Origin: Candidatus Heimdallarchaeota archaeon
Lineage (GTDB): Archaea > Asgardarchaeota > Heimdallarchaeia > Heimdallarchaeales > Heimdallarchaeaceae
Length of the DNA stretch: 32,057 nucleotides
Reading direction: 5' to 3'
Assembly: GCA_016839945.1 (NCBI GenBank)
Contig: JAEOTE010000125.1
Span: forward strand, 1-32,057
The translations under genes and the position numbers were made by a program. The notes beneath the pieces are model-generated. The model searched no databases and was not told where the DNA came from. It saw only the letters and a program-made list of their open reading frames with translations. Shown here piece by piece: positions 1 to 9,187 of the stretch. Position 1 is the first letter of the stretch, and each line of letters starts with the position of its first letter.

Positions 1-2
1 AC

Positions 3-161
3 CAAACATCAGTTATGAAACTATTACATGATTTTAAAGAACTGGATGATGAAGTAGTACTGCAACGGATATATGATTTAGTTAATAAAGAGATTATCAA
101 AACAAGTGTAACCGATGATTACACTCAAACATTCTTTAGCTTGGATACAGATTTCTTTTAA
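3..161 (+). CDS. 3' end of a gene truncated by the window edge; C-terminal winged-helix tail paralogous to the two large membrane proteins downstream
   Basis: Frame 3 reads QTSVMKLLHDFKELDDEVVLQRIYDLVNKEIIKTSVTDDYTQTFFSLDTDFF* (TAA at 159-161). This aligns by eye to KTTVMVLLDNINDFDDEVILSNIIELVKKEMII at the end of 3618..7166. Not in the ORF track. Confidence 0.85.
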   Translation, partial: QTSVMKLLHDFKELDDEVVLQRIYDLVNKEIIKTSVTDDYTQTFFSLDTDFF

Positions 162-252
162 TTGCTTTGCTACTTTAAATAAATATAAATAAAAAAACAA
201 AAAACTATAACCATACTAAAGAAAAAGACTATAGACTATTCGGGGCAGTTCA

Positions 253-3200
253 ATGAGATTCCAGATAGGAAAAAACAGAAAATATGTTATTTTATTTCTA
301 ACGATATCATTACAGCTGTTAATTGTTTCATCTTCTTCTAACAATTTTTTATTGGTTCAAGCATCAAAATTTGAAGTTGAAAATCCAACGAAGTATGATT
401 CAAGTTTTTCAAATAATGTTTATCCAAATATATTTTCGAAAGAAGATATAAAGTACAACCCAATCAATAACGTTACTGGAGCAGGTTCAAGTTTTACAGC
501 AAAAGATATTTTGAATGTTTATGATGAACAGAATCTAAATTTGACATATAATGTTGGAAATGAAAATTTTGAAGATATTTATTTCATTAATCCAATCTCT
601 GGGTATACTCCTTATTCCCTACAATATAATTTAACAAGTATAACAGCAAAAACTGATTGGTATCCAGTTGAAAGCAATACTGATGGTACTGAAATTGAAA
701 TTGGATATAATGCAGATAGAATTGCTGCAGCACAGGCATTCGAAGTAAAATGGGACTATGCTTTATTTTTGGGTTCAAAAATCTATCTTAAGTATTTAGG
801 AAATACAGGAGCTCAGAATCTTGAATTAATTATAGTTAAAGCTGATGAAATTTCAGGTTATCCTAATATGAGTTATGAATATACAAATGACACAAATGAT
901 CCTTATAATAATGCTAATCAAATTCCTGAGAGTACAATAGATAACATTGTTTTCTACAATTTCACTGATGTAATTCTTGAAAGAGGTACATATTTTGTAG
1001 TAGCAAATGTTACTAATCCAGTAGCATCTGCTAAAAATTTTGATTGGTTTGGAAATACTCTAGGTGATGATGATGGAGATACTTATTTTAGATCACTTAA
1101 TGGTTCTTGGTCTTTAGAAGTTGCAACTGATTTAACATGCATTCCATTATTACTCCCATCAGATGAGTTTGGAAATCCTTTGGAAATTACAAATCCTTCT
1201 AATATTTATCTCCAAGATAATGGGGGGGATATTCTAAGTATTACTCACTCAATTACTTCAATAGGTAGTCACACTCTTACTAGTAATACTTCAGTGGAAA
1301 TCTCATTCAATAATTCTTATTCATTTAGTTTAGACAGAGCTGTATCTTCTAGTTATCAAGCTTTTAATTCCACTTATGGTGATTTCTCAATTTATTGGAA
1401 TTTAACATGGAGTGTAGAATTTGCTGATCCTTCTCCTTACTCTCTATACAACAGAACATTCTTAGTCTCTGTTCCAAATGACTGGTCATTAATTTCAACT
1501 TGTTATTATAATGAATCAGATATTCTTAGTTCAGTGAAAACTGCTGAAGGATATTTGTGTGGTTTTGGTTTTAATTCTTCAGCAGGAGATTTAAGACTGG
1601 AAACAACAAGCACAAACTACATCCAAAATCTGAATCTCATCAGAGATAGTTTACCCTCACAGTATTATTATTTAGGGTATTGGACAAATGATGGAGAGAC
1701 AGCTTTTGGTCATCCTGGATCTACAATTACAGCTGATCTTACTATAAGTAACGCAGTAACAACTGGAGAAATGAATTTCACAGTATGCAATCCTGATGGC
1801 ATTTTGTTACCTTTGAAAAGCTCTTTACCTGCTAATCTTTCATATGTTGATACAACAGAATATACTCAAAGTGGAATTACTTATTCAAGTCCAGGTATTT
1901 TTACTTCAAGCATAACATTTGATCCCTCAGTGTATGGAACAGAAGTTGTTGGTACTTGGTCAGCTTTTATTTATTGGAATAATGGAACTGAGGTAGGGAT
2001 TTTTTCTAAAGAGATATATGTTCAATGTGCTACTCGTTTCAATATCTCTTGGGAAGAAACTCCAGGTAATAATCAATGGTTATCTGATACTGAAGGATCT
2101 ATTCTACGTAAGAATGGTGATTTGCTAAATTTACGAGCTACTTATTCATCAATAAGTGAGCCTTATTTTGATGAGTATGGTCTTTCTATTCCTAATTCAA
2201 ATATTACATACTCAACAAGCTGGGGATTGTCAGGGAATTTCAGTAGTAATTATCCTAATTATAATCTGACATTTATCGCTTCAGCAACAGCAGGAATGCA
2301 TTCAATTGATGTAAATACGTATGATAGTTTCTGCGAACCTCATTCTCATTCATTAGATATCGAAATATTCAATATATATAGGATTGAACCTCGTGAAACC
2401 GATATTAAAGTAAATTCTACTGATAATTTAGTTATAGCATTTAGTATGATAAATGAAACAGATCCAGCTGAAGGAGTTATCTTCCCAGATTCGGTTGAGC
2501 TTTTAATTAATAGTAATCCTGTTTCTAGTGGTTTTTATACGCAAGATACTGAAGGTGATTATACTACACTTTCAATCAGGATAGGGACTTATGGTATAAC
2601 AGAAGGAACTGCGAATGTTACAATTTTAGTTACAAAAAGTAATTTTAGATCTGGATATTCTATTCAACCTGTTTCCTTTGATTTTGAGGTTCAAGTCTTC
2701 CCCGGTTCTACACCTTTTGAATTTCCATTTTATTACTACATAATTATTGGAGCTGGTATTTTAGTTATTTTCTTATTAACTATATCATTAATCTCTGTCT
2801 CTAGATCAAGAAAGAAAATTCCAACAACATTTGTTGATACAACAGATAAAGCAAAAATTGTTGGATTACTTGACAGTGTTTTATCAATGAAGAAGATTCT
2901 CTTTATCCATTCAGAAACAAGTCTCCCTGTTTATGATCTAGATATTGGCGAAAAAACAGAAGTTGATACAACATTGATTTCAGGTTTTCTCAGTGTTGTT
3001 GGACAAATGGGAAAAACAATAGGAGGTAGTGATACAGGTGATATTAGAAAGCTCGAATATAGAAATTTTGTAGTAAATGGTGTAAGCTCGGAAAATTATA
3101 CTGTTTTTCTCTTCACAACATCTGATATAATAAAAGAGTTTACTGCTAAACTTTTTGATTTAGTCATGTGGTTTAATTACACTTTTCCTATAAATCAGGA

Positions 3201-3513
3201 AGCTTGGGATGGTAACAAAGAAACATATGTAAAGAATAAAAGATTAATCGAAGATAAAATAGCTGACTCTTTATATTTATGGATTTATTTCCCACTTGAG
3301 GTAAATCCAAGAAAAGAAAGTGAAGTAAAGAAATTAAAAGAAGTAAATCCAAAAATAGTTGCATTCATAAAGAAAAAGAAACAAATAACTCTTAGCACTT
3401 TAATTACTAAATTCCAAGAACAATCTCTAGAAGCAGTTTTGACTTCGTTTTTCACAATGGTAAATAGTGGATATCTAAGAAGAAGACAATTTCAATCATT
3501 TACAAATACGTAA
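253..3513 (+). CDS. Large type I membrane surface glycoprotein (receptor-like): signal peptide, beta-rich ectodomain, one TM, cytoplasmic longin-like domain plus winged helix
   Basis: Hydrophobic N-terminal signal; S/T/N-rich ectodomain with many N-x-S/T sequons; TM YYYIIIGAGILVIFLLTISLISV followed by basic SRSRKK; cytoplasmic ILFIHSETSLPVY...DTTLISGFLSVV...IRKLEYRNFVV pattern typical of Asgard longin-like domains. Confidence 0.8.
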   Translation: MRFQIGKNRKYVILFLTISLQLLIVSSSSNNFLLVQASKFEVENPTKYDSSFSNNVYPNIFSKEDIKYNPINNVTGAGSSFTAKDILNVYDEQNLNLTYNVGNENFEDIYFINPISGYTPYSLQYNLTSITAKTDWYPVESNTDGTEIEIGYNADRIAAAQAFEVKWDYALFLGSKIYLKYLGNTGAQNLELIIVKADEISGYPNMSYEYTNDTNDPYNNANQIPESTIDNIVFYNFTDVILERGTYFVVANVTNPVASAKNFDWFGNTLGDDDGDTYFRSLNGSWSLEVATDLTCIPLLLPSDEFGNPLEITNPSNIYLQDNGGDILSITHSITSIGSHTLTSNTSVEISFNNSYSFSLDRAVSSSYQAFNSTYGDFSIYWNLTWSVEFADPSPYSLYNRTFLVSVPNDWSLISTCYYNESDILSSVKTAEGYLCGFGFNSSAGDLRLETTSTNYIQNLNLIRDSLPSQYYYLGYWTNDGETAFGHPGSTITADLTISNAVTTGEMNFTVCNPDGILLPLKSSLPANLSYVDTTEYTQSGITYSSPGIFTSSITFDPSVYGTEVVGTWSAFIYWNNGTEVGIFSKEIYVQCATRFNISWEETPGNNQWLSDTEGSILRKNGDLLNLRATYSSISEPYFDEYGLSIPNSNITYSTSWGLSGNFSSNYPNYNLTFIASATAGMHSIDVNTYDSFCEPHSHSLDIEIFNIYRIEPRETDIKVNSTDNLVIAFSMINETDPAEGVIFPDSVELLINSNPVSSGFYTQDTEGDYTTLSIRIGTYGITEGTANVTILVTKSNFRSGYSIQPVSFDFEVQVFPGSTPFEFPFYYYIIIGAGILVIFLLTISLISVSRSRKKIPTTFVDTTDKAKIVGLLDSVLSMKKILFIHSETSLPVYDLDIGEKTEVDTTLISGFLSVVGQMGKTIGGSDTGDIRKLEYRNFVVNGVSSENYTVFLFTTSDIIKEFTAKLFDLVMWFNYTFPINQEAWDGNKETYVKNKRLIEDKIADSLYLWIYFPLEVNPRKESEVKKLKEVNPKIVAFIKKKKQITLSTLITKFQEQSLEAVLTSFFTMVNSGYLRRRQFQSFTNT

Positions 3514-3617
3514 TCTGTTTTTGAACCCTTTCTTACCTTAAAACGATTGCTCAATACAATAAAAATTTAAATAATAATTCTTAAGGTTAAGAAAAGAAAG
3601 GTACTGGGGTTTGTCAT

Positions 3618-6600
3618 TTGGATTCAAATTTATCAAGTGCTAAGAGAATAATTAACCGAGTATTCACTGTGTATTTATTGGTTTTAATCACTTTATCTAC
3701 AATCAGCTATTCTACTTTGGGTAGTCAAACTAACAATTATTTTAACATTACAAGTAATCCAGATTCATTTACGAATATATTTCAGAATGATTTTAACGAT
3801 AAGATAAAATTCCAGGGTAGTGGTTATGATTATACTCCAATAGCTAGCATCATTTTTAATGGTAGCACTTTTTCAACTAGTGAAAATATGGATGTAGAAC
3901 ATTCTATTATTACATCTACAAAGTATGTGAATCCAACAACTCGTTCAGCTAGTTTAGATATTCCTGCTCCAACTGGATACTCGGATGTTTCATTGGATTA
4001 TAATATAACGAACATTGTAACTATAGAAGACTATTATAGAATAGAAGAAGTGGGGACAGCTCCTTATGAATTGAATAAAGATCAAGATATTGCTTTAGCA
4101 CAAGAATTTGAAGTGTTCTGGGATTATGCGATCTTCACTGGGGCTAATATGACTTTCGACAATAATCGCGTTGGTGATTTTGGGACCTATCAAATGGATT
4201 TGTTCATTGTTAATTCTACTGGTTCAGCTCCAAATGTGACTGATGTATCAAATGTTTTGAGTTATTGCCTTTCTTCCCCGTTTAACGAAAGTAACTATAG
4301 CATTCTTGATGATACAATGAAATTCTATGATTTTGAGGATATAATTCTTGTAAAAGGCAAATATTTTGTTGTAGCAAATCTCACTGTAATTGATTCAGGA
4401 AATGATAGTGAATTTATCTGGGGAGGAAAAACAGGAACTAAAGATTCTGAAACCTATTTCAGAGACAATGGAGGTTCATGGAGTGCTGGTGTGAATGTTG
4501 ATTTATCATTATTTGCAAAATTACTTCCATCAGATGAATCAGGTTTTCCTTTAACAATTACAGATCCAACTACTATAGAACTTGAAGATGATGGTAGCCC
4601 AGTATCTTCATTAACAGGTTCAATTACAAGTGGTTCTCACACATTAACAAGTAATACTTCCGTACAAATAAGTTATGAGAACAATTATGTTTTTCAAAGG
4701 TTATATGTAAGCAATTCAGAGATAATGGCATCCAACTCTAGTTATCTAGATTACACAAATCAATGGAATGTTAGTTTTGATATAATTGAAGAAGTCGATA
4801 CAATATACACAAACATTAACAGGACTCTTCTAATTCCAACTCCTGATGATTGGGAATCAATAACTTTTTCACTTTATTGGAATAGCTCTTTGCTTTATTC
4901 AGAAAGAGTTAATGATGGGTATGAATTTTACCTTAATGATTCCATTTATGGTGGAAGTTTTGTTCTTAGAACAGAAAGTCCTAATTATATTCAAAATCCT
5001 ACTTTTTCAGATGATGTGGAAGTAACAGAAAATTATGTTTTAGGAACTTGGACTCCTCATCCAACAGGAGATAATGCTACTGGAATACCCGGTTCAACTA
5101 TTTTTACGGAAGCAGGAGTAAAGAATATTTCTACAAGCGGTGGAACATTTAATTTCACCTTATTCAATAGTAATGGAGAAATTATTCAACAAAAAAATTA
5201 TACAGAATTACTTACAATAGATCTAATCTATAATGATGTCTCTAATTATTCGGGTATTGGTTATATTGATGGAAGTGTTTACAAACATAATATAACTATT
5301 GATCCTTCAGTATATGGAACTGATGTAGAAGGTTATTGGACAGCTGTTGTATTCTGGCAAAATGGAACTGAAGTAGGAATGTTTTCGAAAAGAATAGCAG
5401 TTGAAAAACCTACCTTAGCAGAATTTGAATGGGAAGAAACTTTAGGCCTGAATGACTGGACTAATGATACATTTGTTGAACTTAAAAGAATAAACGGTCA
5501 TGGTATAGATGCTAATATTAAATACTATAACACAAGTGATCCATTTTTCACAGGCGTTGGTTCTGAAATTCCAAGCGCAATAGTGTATTATAATGCCACT
5601 TGGGGAGATTCTGGATTATTCAATTTTGGAGCTTCTGAATACAATAAAGATATTATGACTAATGCATTGATTGGAACGTATAATATTAGTTTAACTGCAT
5701 CTGGCCCATTTCTAGAAACACATACAATTGAGTTCTCAATAAAAATAATCCATCAATTTGATATTAATCCAGAAAGAAATAATTATTATGTTAATTATAC
5801 AAATTCTCTCAATGTTAGGTTTGGCTTAAGAGATATTTCTTATGGAAATGAACTAATCACTCCTGATACACTAGATCTAGTTCTTAATGGGAATCCATTA
5901 ACACTATCAAATTATTCCTATGGTTATACTGACAATCTCATTGATATTTTACTAAACACTAACAGTTTAGGACTCGATATAGGAGATCACGAACTGGAAA
6001 TAACGGTTACAAAAAACGATTTTGTTGCTGATTATGGTGTAATTTCAACAAGTACGAGTACCACTATTACAGTAACAGAAATTCCAACTATGATTGAAGT
6101 TGTAGATATCGAAACTGAATTAGACATCAATACTCAATCATCTCTTTCCTTCAAAATTATTGATACCAATCATTCTGCTGATATCTCTGGTGCATCATTT
6201 GATGTAATTTTTGATCTCCCTGAAGTTGAGCTAATAGAAAAGCACGAAACAAATGGAATTTATACTATAACTTTCAGAGTTAATGAACCAACAAAAGCAA
6301 CGCTAAACATTTACCTAAATATAACAAAATCAGGATATGAAACAAAATTAAATTATCGAATACCAGAAGCAATAACGATAGATATTCCTGGACCTGGAAT
6401 ACCTCTAGGAGTTCTAGTAGCGTTAATAGCAGTAGCTGTCGTAATAGGTGGAGGAGCTGGTACTTTCTTCTTTTTAAGAGCAAGAAGAAGAACAAGACAA
6501 AGACTGTTAATTGAAAAGAAAGAAAAAGCAAGAAATCTTTTCCAAAGTGCGTTTATGATTAGGAAAATACTTGTTGTACATCATGAGACAAGTCTTCCAG

Positions 6601-7166
6601 TTTATGAAATGAGTATGGAAGAAAATATCGGTTTAGATTCCTCAATGATTACTGGAGTATTGCAAGCAATTTCCTCAATAGGAATGGAAATGATTGGAGC
6701 TCCAACAGGAGTTAAGAAAATAGAATATTATGGTTTTGTAGTTACAAGTGCTTATAGTGGTGCTTACACAAGCTATGTGTTTTCAGAAACTGAATTAGAT
6801 CCTGAAATTGTAAAAGGTGTATCAAATCTAGCAAAATGGTTTGACGTTATATTTGGTTATGATTCAGAGCAGTGGGATGGTTCAATGGATCTATTCAATG
6901 AGTATAAAGATACCATAAATGAAAAGGTGTTTCAAGAGCTATATCTTTGGTTAGTTTATCCAATTGAACTAGCACCTGACACAATGAGAAAATATGAAAG
7001 TTTCTCTCCAATAAACAAGATGATTGTTGACTTCATTAATAGTAAGGAGAAAACCACAGTTATGGTACTGTTGGACAATATAAATGATTTTGATGATGAA
7101 GTAATTCTTAGTAATATAATTGAATTAGTAAAGAAAGAGATGATAATTACTCACACAAATGATTAA
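3618..7166 (+). CDS. Paralogous large type I membrane glycoprotein with cytoplasmic longin-like domain plus winged helix
   Basis: Collinear with 253..3513: AQEFEVFWDYAIF vs AQAFEVKWDYALF, DPSVYGTDVEGYW...WQNGTEVG vs DPSVYGTEVVGTW...WNNGTEVG, HHETSLPVY vs HSETSLPVY, LYLWLVYP vs LYLWIYFP. TM GIPLGVLVALIAVAVVIGGGAGTFFFL followed by RARRR. TTG start. Confidence 0.8.
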   Translation: MDSNLSSAKRIINRVFTVYLLVLITLSTISYSTLGSQTNNYFNITSNPDSFTNIFQNDFNDKIKFQGSGYDYTPIASIIFNGSTFSTSENMDVEHSIITSTKYVNPTTRSASLDIPAPTGYSDVSLDYNITNIVTIEDYYRIEEVGTAPYELNKDQDIALAQEFEVFWDYAIFTGANMTFDNNRVGDFGTYQMDLFIVNSTGSAPNVTDVSNVLSYCLSSPFNESNYSILDDTMKFYDFEDIILVKGKYFVVANLTVIDSGNDSEFIWGGKTGTKDSETYFRDNGGSWSAGVNVDLSLFAKLLPSDESGFPLTITDPTTIELEDDGSPVSSLTGSITSGSHTLTSNTSVQISYENNYVFQRLYVSNSEIMASNSSYLDYTNQWNVSFDIIEEVDTIYTNINRTLLIPTPDDWESITFSLYWNSSLLYSERVNDGYEFYLNDSIYGGSFVLRTESPNYIQNPTFSDDVEVTENYVLGTWTPHPTGDNATGIPGSTIFTEAGVKNISTSGGTFNFTLFNSNGEIIQQKNYTELLTIDLIYNDVSNYSGIGYIDGSVYKHNITIDPSVYGTDVEGYWTAVVFWQNGTEVGMFSKRIAVEKPTLAEFEWEETLGLNDWTNDTFVELKRINGHGIDANIKYYNTSDPFFTGVGSEIPSAIVYYNATWGDSGLFNFGASEYNKDIMTNALIGTYNISLTASGPFLETHTIEFSIKIIHQFDINPERNNYYVNYTNSLNVRFGLRDISYGNELITPDTLDLVLNGNPLTLSNYSYGYTDNLIDILLNTNSLGLDIGDHELEITVTKNDFVADYGVISTSTSTTITVTEIPTMIEVVDIETELDINTQSSLSFKIIDTNHSADISGASFDVIFDLPEVELIEKHETNGIYTITFRVNEPTKATLNIYLNITKSGYETKLNYRIPEAITIDIPGPGIPLGVLVALIAVAVVIGGGAGTFFFLRARRRTRQRLLIEKKEKARNLFQSAFMIRKILVVHHETSLPVYEMSMEENIGLDSSMITGVLQAISSIGMEMIGAPTGVKKIEYYGFVVTSAYSGAYTSYVFSETELDPEIVKGVSNLAKWFDVIFGYDSEQWDGSMDLFNEYKDTINEKVFQELYLWLVYPIELAPDTMRKYESFSPINKMIVDFINSKEKTTVMVLLDNINDFDDEVILSNIIELVKKEMIITHTND

Positions 7167-7255
7167 ATTTCTTTCATCTCAGAATTTTTTTCTTAATTAT
7201 ACTAACAGATATATACATACACTTTCATCAGTATAGATAACAATTGGTGATTTAA

Positions 7256-7594
7256 ATGAAAAAATTGTTATTTGTTATTTGGACTGATAATAAAGGAATT
7301 TTTACACATATCATGATGAATGTTTTGGATTTAAATGAAAAAGGATATGAAGTTGGTATTGTCTTTGAAAGCGAAGGATGCAAACTAGTGCTTCATTATG
7401 ATGAGAATGAAAACGATAAATTTGAAAAAATAAAGAAACTAAACTTAGTAGCGTCCGTTTGCAAAGTTTGTGCAAAAGGAATGGGAGCTCTTGAGTCAGC
7501 TGAAAAACAAAATCTTCCAATACATGATGATTTGTTTGGTCATACTCCTCTCGAAAAATGGATTGCAAATGGTTACGAATTAATTTCAGTTTAA
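7256..7594 (+). CDS. DsrE-family small protein (sulfur relay/redox-like)
   Basis: 112 aa with V.IVFESEG, CKVCAKGMG and C-terminal GH...NGYELI pattern of DsrE-like proteins; GGTGA ribosome-binding motif just upstream. Confidence 0.7.
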   Translation: MKKLLFVIWTDNKGIFTHIMMNVLDLNEKGYEVGIVFESEGCKLVLHYDENENDKFEKIKKLNLVASVCKVCAKGMGALESAEKQNLPIHDDLFGHTPLEKWIANGYELISV

Positions 7595-7668
7595 TAATTT
7601 TCTTCACTACTTTTTCTTTTATTAGGTTAATCTTTAAATAGAATCGTTTCTATAAAAAAGAAGTTCAA

Positions 7669-9183
7669 ATGTTGAAACATAAAGAAGGAAAAAAATGGAT
7701 TGTAGCTTTCTTCACTCTATTCTTGAGTGTAGTTGTTTTTGAATCATTATTCTTACTTCTAATTCCTATGCATTGGGAGTTTAATGATTTCTTATCAGAT
7801 ACCTTAGGTATTAATACTAATTACGCCCTTATAATCATACTAATATTTTGTATTCCACTAATATATTCTATTTTCTTTTTAGTAAGAAATTTGATTTTCA
7901 TTAAAAGGGAAGATAAAACAGATCCTGCTCTAGTAAATAAGATATTATCGATTTTGCTTTTTGTAATCACAATAGCTTTGCTTATTACTCTCATTCTTCT
8001 GTTTGGTGAAGATTCTGTAATAATTATACAGCTTTTAGAATATTATAGTATATTTCTTTTTATGGTAATAATTGTTGGATTTATTGTACTATTATATCCT
8101 CTAGTACCTGAAATAATTAGATTTATCAAGAAACCTGTTAAACCTTTATTTCAACCAAAAGCTAAGAAATACACAATCCTGTCATTCTTCTTTTTGTTTT
8201 ATATATGGATCCTAGTTATGCCTATAATCTTTCCACCAACAAACGTAATTAAAGGAGAACTTCCCCCAAAACCGTTGATAATAGCTCATAGAGGTGGAGC
8301 ACATTATGCTCCAGAAAATACATTAGCTGCAGGGATTTACACATCAAATATCCAAGCTGCAGGCTGGGAAATAGATGTAAGAATTAGTAATGACGGAATC
8401 CCCTTCCTAATGCATGATGATACTTTGGAAAGAACTACTAATGTTTCTGAAGAATTTCCAAGTCGTATTGATAATAGATCAGAGACATTCACCATTTCTG
8501 AACTTAAACAACTTAATGCTGGTAAATGGTTTGTAGACAATGATCCTCATGACACTATAAAGAAGGGGAGAGTTCCGAGCTCTTTAATTGAAATCTACAA
8601 TGTTGCAACTATTCCGACCTTAGAAGAAGCTTTGAATTTTTCACGAGATAATAACCTAATAATTAATGTTGACTTTTATGGTCCTAAAAATGATCATCCA
8701 TACTATAATCAGTACTTCAATACTTGCTTCTCAGTACTAGCAAATGCTGGAATAGATGAATTGATATGGTTGACATCATATAATGAGGAATGGTTAGAAT
8801 ATACAATGAATAATGCACCTAATATGAAAGCAGTTCTCTCAGTAGGTCTTTCTGATAATGTAAACTTGGAAGAATTCAAAAACTCAGGATATGATATGAT
8901 TAACACACATCATGGAAGATCAAATAGACTCTATAGAGCTGCAGCTGAAGATGGCATCTCAATAAATGTGTGGACAGTTGACCTTTCATCCAGATTTCAA
9001 CAGGTGTGGACTCTGGGAGTAACATCAGTAACAACGAATGAGCCAATTGTTTTTATTGAGATGGCTAAACCTAATTGGATAATTCAAAGACCAATTTACA
9101 TAGTTATTTGGCTATTAGTTGACTTAATTGGTGTTAGTTCAATTTTAGTTGCCAGGTATATTAGAAGTAAAAAACAAATATAG
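7669..9183 (+). CDS. Multi-pass membrane glycerophosphodiester phosphodiesterase, GDE2/GDE3/GDE6 (GDPD5/2/4)-like
   Basis: GDPD motifs AHRGG, APENT, WEIDV and FLMHDDTLERTT; about five N-terminal TM segments and one C-terminal TM. Confidence 0.9.
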   Translation: MLKHKEGKKWIVAFFTLFLSVVVFESLFLLLIPMHWEFNDFLSDTLGINTNYALIIILIFCIPLIYSIFFLVRNLIFIKREDKTDPALVNKILSILLFVITIALLITLILLFGEDSVIIIQLLEYYSIFLFMVIIVGFIVLLYPLVPEIIRFIKKPVKPLFQPKAKKYTILSFFFLFYIWILVMPIIFPPTNVIKGELPPKPLIIAHRGGAHYAPENTLAAGIYTSNIQAAGWEIDVRISNDGIPFLMHDDTLERTTNVSEEFPSRIDNRSETFTISELKQLNAGKWFVDNDPHDTIKKGRVPSSLIEIYNVATIPTLEEALNFSRDNNLIINVDFYGPKNDHPYYNQYFNTCFSVLANAGIDELIWLTSYNEEWLEYTMNNAPNMKAVLSVGLSDNVNLEEFKNSGYDMINTHHGRSNRLYRAAAEDGISINVWTVDLSSRFQQVWTLGVTSVTTNEPIVFIEMAKPNWIIQRPIYIVIWLLVDLIGVSSILVARYIRSKKQI

Positions 9184-9187
9184 TTCA

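Noticed and set aside
253-7166. Interpretation as S-layer proteins
   Set aside because: S-layer glycoproteins end shortly after their anchor, whereas these have conserved cytoplasmic domains of over 200 aa.
7167-7200. T-rich tracts after stop codons as terminators (also near 3514-3540, 7595-7625, 30920-30960)
   Set aside because: They are plausible archaeal oligo-T terminators but indistinguishable from background in such AT-rich DNA.
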